From Candidatus Heimdallarchaeota archaeon B3_Heim (GTDB taxonomy: Archaea > Asgardarchaeota > Heimdallarchaeia > Hodarchaeales > Hodarchaeaceae), in NCBI GenBank assembly GCA_003144275.1, contig NJBF01000001.1:90001-122000 (forward strand): a stretch of DNA of 32,000 bases, read 5' to 3'. Position numbers and translations under genes: made by a program. The notes below the pieces were generated by a model that was given only the letters and a program-made list of their open reading frames with translations, was not told the DNA's origin and ran no database searches. Below are positions 26,955-32,000 of this stretch, in pieces (within the stretch, counting starts at the first letter, position 1; each line of letters begins with the position of its first letter).

Positions 26955-27866
26955 TTAAATTTTTGTGATTTCCTGCGCATTTGCTAGTTCAATAAACTGG
27001 TTTACCTCATCAAAGGAACAATGATCTGAGTAGGGAAAATAATGGACGTCTAATCGCTTTGAAACTAATTCAACAGCCCAGCCTGTTGGTGAGATCCTCA
27101 AGGAATCAAGCAAGCGGGCTTCTGTTTGCTGATCTAATCCAGTGAGATTTTCAACCCTCCTTCTACTCTCAACACAAATTCCAGAGTCTGGATCATCAGT
27201 AAAAATGTCCCAACCTCCACCTATTTCTTTATAAATCTGAACTTTTTTTTCAGGAGCGAAAATTTTCACTTTCAAGGCATCACTTATTGTTTTCAATAGT
27301 TTTTCCTTTCCTATTTGGTACGCAGCAATCCAGATCTCCTTATGAGGATAATTACCATCCGCTAACATAAGGGATAATATTTCGGAGATTAATTCCTTAC
27401 GAGAGGGAAAATTATACCTTGGCATGTCACCATAGGTATAATCTACCCATAAATGATCCGCACCTTGAATAAGCTCTAATTCATCTAAAATTGGTTTACC
27501 GAGGCGAAAATCACCAGTATAGACTTCTTTCCTATTTTCCGATGATTCAATCACAAACATCAAACTACCTAAACAATGGTTTGCATCTATTGCGTGTATC
27601 ACAAAATCATCAAAATCTAGAGATTGGTTTGTACCTATAAGTAAGCATTTCTCTTTTGGAATTCGGTGAAGAACTTTAAGGGCTGCAGCAGTTTCTTTCG
27701 AGCAAACTATGGTCGTGTCTGAGGAAGAAAGCACAGATTTTATTCCTGTAGTGTGGTCACTGTGAGCGTGGGATAGAAAAAAATAATCTGATGATGTTGC
27801 GAGTTTCTTTCTTTGACGAAATGGAAATTCATCAAAATAACTATTGGCTAATTTAGAAAAAACCAT
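26955..27866 (-). CDS. SNM1/Pso2/Artemis-like beta-CASP DNA nuclease
   Basis: FLSHAHSDH, DANHCLGS.MF, YTGDFR, VDYTY, YQIGKEKL, SPTGW, PYSDHCSFDEV. Confidence 0.8.
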   Translation of the reverse strand: MVFSKLANSYFDEFPFRQRKKLATSSDYFFLSHAHSDHTTGIKSVLSSSDTTIVCSKETAAALKVLHRIPKEKCLLIGTNQSLDFDDFVIHAIDANHCLGSLMFVIESSENRKEVYTGDFRLGKPILDELELIQGADHLWVDYTYGDMPRYNFPSRKELISEILSLMLADGNYPHKEIWIAAYQIGKEKLLKTISDALKVKIFAPEKKVQIYKEIGGGWDIFTDDPDSGICVESRRRVENLTGLDQQTEARLLDSLRISPTGWAVELVSKRLDVHYFPYSDHCSFDEVNQFIELANAQEITKI

Positions 27867-28062
27867 TGAAGTACCCCGAGAAAACTGTAATCCTAAAATC
27901 TTCTCTTCTTATTCAACAAATTACAAAATACAGAGGAATTAATTAATTTTAGGATTAAAGGTTTGGAAGTTCTCTACGAATTCTTTGACAAGTGATGTGT
28001 TAGATAATCTGGAATATCAGAAGGTTAATGCTGAAACCTTAAAACGCGTTAATAAATTCGTG

Positions 28063-28089
28063 AGAAGAAAGCAAAAATAGATAGAAAGG
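28063..28089 (-). terminator. Pyrimidine/U-rich terminator-like tract ending the 5S transcription unit
   Basis: Minus strand reads CCTTTCTATCTATTTTTGCTTTCTTCT immediately after the outer processing stem. Confidence 0.5.
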
Positions 28090-28090
28090 T

Positions 28091-28308
28091 GTTTGTATCT
28101 CAAGGCGCTTTTTCACCAGGGGATATTGTTTCCGGGTTCGGAATGAGACCGGGTGTGACTCAGGCCCTTTGGCCGAAGAACCTTCAGCTTTCCGATTTTC
28201 CCGTAGGCGCGAGCACAACAGTACAGATCGGAACGGAGCCTGACTTAACTTTCGGCAATATCTCACAGGTTAATTCATCGCAAGATGTCTGTTTGAGAGA
28301 TTACAAAC
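28091..28308 (-). repeat. Two nested inverted-repeat pairs flanking the permuted 5S (precursor processing stems)
   Basis: Inner pair 28256-28262 with 28122-28128 (GATATTG/CAATATC, 7 bp). Outer pair 28293-28308 with 28091-28103 (GTTTGTA-ATC-TCTCAA / TTGAGA-TACAAAC, 13 bp with a 3-nt bulge). Confidence 0.8.
28130..28249 (-). rRNA. rrf: 5S rRNA, circularly permuted gene (3' half 28249-28182, GUU linker 28181-28179, 5' half 28178-28130)
   Basis: Reordered sequence CTTCGGCCAAAGGGCCTGAGTCACACCCGGTCTCATTCCGAACCCGGAA|GTTAAGTCAGGCTCCGTTCCGATCTGTACTGTTGTGCTCGCGCCTACGGGAAAATCGGAAAGCTGAAG (117 nt). It has all archaeal 5S motifs (CACACCCG, CATTCCGAAC, GGAAGTTAAG, GTACTG, CGGGAA) and helices I-V pair. Confidence 0.93.
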
Positions 28309-28331
28309 CAGTTGGGGCTATTTCAAGAGGC

Positions 28332-28339
28332 TTTAAATA
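28332..28339 (-). promoter_or_regulatory. Candidate TATA box of the 5S unit
   Basis: Minus strand CTAAA-TATTTAAA; centre about 26 nt from G28309, which is where the outer stem starts. Confidence 0.55.
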
Positions 28340-28488
28340 TTTAGTGGTAACTCTTTTCATTAGCTTTTATTGGTAGGATACAAAAAGATCATCGGTAAAT
28401 GTGCTTGAAGTACGGGTAAAAATCTCTAATTTAAATATTTAATAGGTATACTGGATCTTAGCATCTGAAAATCGATGGATATAAGCAA

Positions 28489-29331
28489 ATGCAATTGATT
28501 AAATGGAACGTTGAATACTTAAAAATTGTTTCAGAGTTAGGACTGAACATTGAGGAAGATATTCACTCTGCAAAGGAATTAGAATCGATCTTATTAACGA
28601 ATCGCTCATTCAGATCATTTAAGTTCTTAAACAGATTAAATCAATTATTAAAACATCCAAATTTAATTGTTGGAGCAGGTCCCTCTCTTGAAACAGATTT
28701 AAAATACTTTGAGCAACATTTTAAATTGGAAAATGTTGTAACGATTGCTGTCGATGGAAGTTGTTCTTTTTTCCGCCAACTACAGATAATTCCAAACATC
28801 CTAGTAACGGATTTAGATGGTGAATGGTCAGCAATTCGTTGGGCAATTTTACACGGAGCTATTACTCTTATACATGCACATGGAGACAACGAATATCTCA
28901 TTAAACGATTCTTTGAAGATAATGAAAATTTATTAGAAAAAACTAATGTTTGGGGAACTACCCAAAATATGTTAACCACCAAGTTATATAATTTCGGTGG
29001 ATTCACAGATGGAGATAGAGCAATTTTTCTATCCTTTCACTTTCAATCACCTCTCATTGGATTGATGGGGTTCGATTTTGGGGAAACCATTGGTAAATAT
29101 AGTACATTGAATCCTACGATAACGAAGGATCCGATTAAAAAACGAAAGAAGTTCAAGATAGCTCTATCACTTCTTGATGCGCATTATCATGATCACAAAG
29201 GGGTTCGGTTCAATTTAACTTCTTCGGGTGAGGAAATACCTGGATTCCCAAGGTTATCTCTCCAGGAATTTAAAACCGAGTTAATTGAATGGAATAAGAC
29301 GCAAAATAAAGAGGAGTCTCCCAAACATTAA
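28489..29331 (+). CDS. mptE: 6-hydroxymethyl-7,8-dihydropterin pyrophosphokinase MptE (DUF115)
   Basis: VGAGPSL, AVDG, VTDLDG, HAHGDN, NFGGFTDGDRA.FL, GFDFG, K.KK...A. Confidence 0.92.
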   Translation: MQLIKWNVEYLKIVSELGLNIEEDIHSAKELESILLTNRSFRSFKFLNRLNQLLKHPNLIVGAGPSLETDLKYFEQHFKLENVVTIAVDGSCSFFRQLQIIPNILVTDLDGEWSAIRWAILHGAITLIHAHGDNEYLIKRFFEDNENLLEKTNVWGTTQNMLTTKLYNFGGFTDGDRAIFLSFHFQSPLIGLMGFDFGETIGKYSTLNPTITKDPIKKRKKFKIALSLLDAHYHDHKGVRFNLTSSGEEIPGFPRLSLQEFKTELIEWNKTQNKEESPKH

Positions 29332-29779
29332 CTTTAACCTCCTCAATGTTACATTCATTATTTAATGACTGAAGAAATTCCTTCATACTAATGGCAACAG
29401 TCTTAGCTAAAAATTCAGCTGTTACATTTTTGCACTCGAATAGCTTTACTTCGTCTTGTGGAAGAGAATAAAAACGGCTCCCGAACTGAATATCAAAGTT
29501 GTTTCCGTTTTCTTTAATCTGAAGGTCTTTATTCATGCTAGGAAGTAGTGTATAATGATCCCATGTAGAAATAATATTACTAAGAGATTCATCTAATGAA
29601 AGAAAATTCAATACCAGCCCATTATCATTTATATTCCCAAATAGTTCTATTTCAACATAATAATTATGACCATGTAATCCTTCGGAAAAATCCTCAGTCA
29701 ACAATAAGTGAGAAGCAGAAAAATGATGGGAAAATTTATGTAATCCTATTGATGTTCTATTTATTTCAGACGGCAACAA
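29270..29779 (-). CDS. 6-pyruvoyl-tetrahydropterin synthase family (COG0720) protein with an Ex2HGH (PTPS-III-type) site
   Basis: FSASH, EGLHGHNY, WDH..L, TAE.LA, VWET. Confidence 0.85.
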   Translation of the reverse strand: MLPSEINRTSIGLHKFSHHFSASHLLLTEDFSEGLHGHNYYVEIELFGNINDNGLVLNFLSLDESLSNIISTWDHYTLLPSMNKDLQIKENGNNFDIQFGSRFYSLPQDEVKLFECKNVTAEFLAKTVAISMKEFLQSLNNECNIEEVKVNVWETPLYFASYSIQLTRF

Positions 29780-29797
29780 TCATCGCGTCTATTTTGA

Positions 29798-30754
29798 TTA
29801 TTCGTTCCCGTACCAGTCTCCGCCGCGCATATCTAGGAATGCGGAGATAGCTGCAGTAGTTCCTTCTCCAACCGCCACCGAAATCTGCCCCTGGCCTGGA
29901 GTGATATCACCACAAGCGTAAACTCGTGGAATATTTGTACGTTGGTTCGAATCCACCTCTATTAATCCATTATCGGTTAATTTTACTCCGATCTTTTTTG
30001 CTAACTTATTATTTGGCAAAATCCCAATAGCTACAAATACAGCTTTGACTCGTTTTTGTTGCTCTTCCCCAGTTTTAACATTCTTAATCGTTACTTTCTT
30101 CACCCCTGTAACTTCATCCCCTATAATTTCTGTTACTACTGAATTCCAGACTATTTTTACTTCTGAATTTTCTAGTATTTGTTTTTGGAGTGATTCCTCT
30201 GCTCGTAATTGATCTCGACGATGAATTAGTGAAACTTCACGAGCGGGGACTGTTTCAAGATAAAGAGCTTCTGTGACCGCAGAATTTCCTCCACCAACAA
30301 CTATCACTTTTCTCGTCTTATATATTGGACCATCACAGGTTGCACAATAAGAAACTCCACTTTCTTTTAGTTTTTCTTCTCCTGGAACACCAAGATGACG
30401 GTGCGTTGTACCCATAGCTAGAACAATCACCTTTGCAATGTACGTATCTAAAGGAGTTTGAACTTCGATTTCAGGTCCTCCCACCTTGATATCAATAACC
30501 TCGACCGATTCTTTAATTTCAGTACCAAATTTTTCAGCCTGTTTTTTAAGCCTATCTGCAAATTCCGGTCCTGAAATCTCGCTAAAACCTGGATAATTTT
30601 CAATAATAGGTGTAGTGTACGCTAATCCGCCAACTATTAACTTATCTAGCACAAGCGTATTCCAGCCCATTCTGGAAGCATAAATTGCTGTGGCCATACC
30701 TGCAGGCCCTGCACCAATGATTATCATATCATATTTCGAAGAATCTGTGCCCAC
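29798..30754 (-). CDS. trxB: Thioredoxin-disulfide reductase
   Basis: IIGAGPAG, IENYPGF, GVSYCATCDG, VVGGGNSAVTEA, HRRDQLRA, ACGD, Q..VAVGEG. Confidence 0.96.
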   Translation of the reverse strand: MGTDSSKYDMIIIGAGPAGMATAIYASRMGWNTLVLDKLIVGGLAYTTPIIENYPGFSEISGPEFADRLKKQAEKFGTEIKESVEVIDIKVGGPEIEVQTPLDTYIAKVIVLAMGTTHRHLGVPGEEKLKESGVSYCATCDGPIYKTRKVIVVGGGNSAVTEALYLETVPAREVSLIHRRDQLRAEESLQKQILENSEVKIVWNSVVTEIIGDEVTGVKKVTIKNVKTGEEQQKRVKAVFVAIGILPNNKLAKKIGVKLTDNGLIEVDSNQRTNIPRVYACGDITPGQGQISVAVGEGTTAAISAFLDMRGGDWYGNE

Positions 30755-31246
30755 TCTTTGCTACACTCCAATTTAGTAACAGATAATTGATATTATATTA
30801 TATAGATAAATGAATTATTATTAATCTTTCGTGATTACAAAAATACTTTTTCTTTGATTTTCTATTAATATAGCAACGGAGATTGTTGAGAATTATCAAT
30901 TAATTGAGATTTGCATCACTAAGTTGATGTTAATTCTATGACTGGATTTGCTAATCAACTTTGAATTCAAATGGTTATGAAATGAAATACACACCCATTT
31001 CATTTTACTTGGTAAAATAGTGAAGACATTATAAGAACGCAATCAAACGAATTCTAAAAACAGTTCAATGCCTTACAGAAACAGAAATATCTTACTAAAT
31101 TGATCACAATCTTAACTCTAATAAATGGAGTACCCAGTAGAATAATTGCCCTCTGTAAGAATGCCCTTAATTCAAAGTAAGAGAAAAAAACTAATTATTT
31201 CCTCCCGAAAAATTATAATTAGGAAAAAAAGTTGGTTGATTTACCA

Positions 31247-32000
31247 ATGAAGATTTTAAAAACCACTACTTCACAAATCACTTTTATTTCAGATGTTACC
31301 AAGAATAAAATTCATGAGCAAGATTATATCATCCTTTTTGATAAAAATAAATCAACTAATAAACATTTATTAGCACAAGTTAGTAGATTATCTCAAGAAA
31401 AAGCGAATGAGATGAAAGGGATTGCATATATTCTTGGAGAGTTTGAAATGGATGAATTTCGCTTATCTACATGTCGAATTCCTGTTTCAATGTATGCTGA
31501 GATATCTATTCCTCCTAAAGGATTGGTTTCAAGGATTATTTCCTATGATGGAGAAGATGGCATATATTTAGGCGATATTATTACTTCTCCCTCTACAACT
31601 GATCCATTCTTAATATCACCCCAATTTTTAGAACGACATGTTCTCTGTGTAGCCAGTACTGGAGCTGGTAAGTCATACAGCATTGGGGTGTTATTAGAAG
31701 AAATTCTTCTGAAATTCAATAACGCCTCAGTCCTACTGTTTGATGTTCATAATGAGTATTGGGGGTTAGGATTAGAAAATACAGGAAAAGAAATAAAAAA
31801 CCTTGATCGAGCAGGATATACCCCACAAGGTTTCACTGAAAAATTAATGGTCTTTGATGAAGATTCGATTGGATTAGGTACTCATTTTGATCTACCAAAG
31901 ATAAGAAGACTATTGGAAATATCAGCAGCTCAAGAAAATGTTCTCACAAATCTGATACAAGAACCTGAGAAACTCGAGGACATTTTAAGAAAAGTTAAAG
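31247..32000 (+). CDS. HerA/FtsK-like ATPase, N-terminal part (truncated by window end; not in ORF track)
   Basis: Open frame from ATG 31247 to the window end: MKILKTTTSQ..., ERHVLCVASTGAGKSY (Walker A), LLFDVHNEY (HerA DxHxEY motif). Confidence 0.88.
   Translation, partial: MKILKTTTSQITFISDVTKNKIHEQDYIILFDKNKSTNKHLLAQVSRLSQEKANEMKGIAYILGEFEMDEFRLSTCRIPVSMYAEISIPPKGLVSRIISYDGEDGIYLGDIITSPSTTDPFLISPQFLERHVLCVASTGAGKSYSIGVLLEEILLKFNNASVLLFDVHNEYWGLGLENTGKEIKNLDRAGYTPQGFTEKLMVFDEDSIGLGTHFDLPKIRRLLEISAAQENVLTNLIQEPEKLEDILRKVK

Noticed and set aside
28130-28249. Explanation as two tandem, truncated normal 5S copies
   Set aside because: The flanks contain no remnants of the missing halves and are instead complementary to each other; the two halves sum exactly to one 5S without overlap.
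28091-28308. A second BHB in the outer stem
   Set aside because: Only one 3-nt bulge (ATC) is present and no correctly placed opposite bulge with a flanking helix.
28039-28376. ORF-track ORFs 28039-28266 (-) and 28089-28376 (+)
   Set aside because: They overlap the 5S rRNA and its flanks; they stay open because of locally higher GC, and show no protein motifs.
29270-29779. Annotation as queD
   Set aside because: Lacks the catalytic Cys of the Cx3HGH motif.
30755-31246. AT-rich intergenic region with palindromes TCAATTAATTGA (30896-30907) and TTTGAATTCAAA (30960-30971) as a replication origin
   Set aside because: No recognisable ORB repeats or adjacent cdc6/orc1; such palindromes are expected by chance at this AT content.

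Overview
AT-rich archaeal chromosomal window. It is most likely from an Asgard (Heimdallarchaeia-like) organism, inferred from eL14, a longin-domain protein, an alpha-solenoid/RING protein and an SNM1-like nuclease. It carries housekeeping genes (uS4, uS11, Cbf5, eL14, thioredoxin/TrxB, RNase Z, TmcA, aCPSF-type RNase, AmrS, MptE, PTPS), a Hsp20-Cdc48-PAC2-Phr-like heat-shock operon with a matching operator, and two tRNAs (intron-containing Thr-CGU, Val-CAC). The ORF track missed an eL41 gene, the 5' part of a GT2 gene and a HerA-like ATPase. The top finding is a circularly permuted 5S rRNA gene on the minus strand (28130-28249). Its canonical 3' half precedes the canonical 5' half, joined by a 3-nt GUU linker. 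It sits in its own transcription unit with two long-range flanking stems and a bulge-helix-bulge-like junction whose canonical cut/ligation would exactly rebuild the 5S consensus. Also notable are two copies of an unannotated terminal-inverted-repeat element with a covarying hairpin, a longin + V4R/Bet3-like fusion, and a tandem coiled-coil/winged-helix pair. No CRISPR array or transposase was seen. All calls come from motif recognition by eye; no searches were run.
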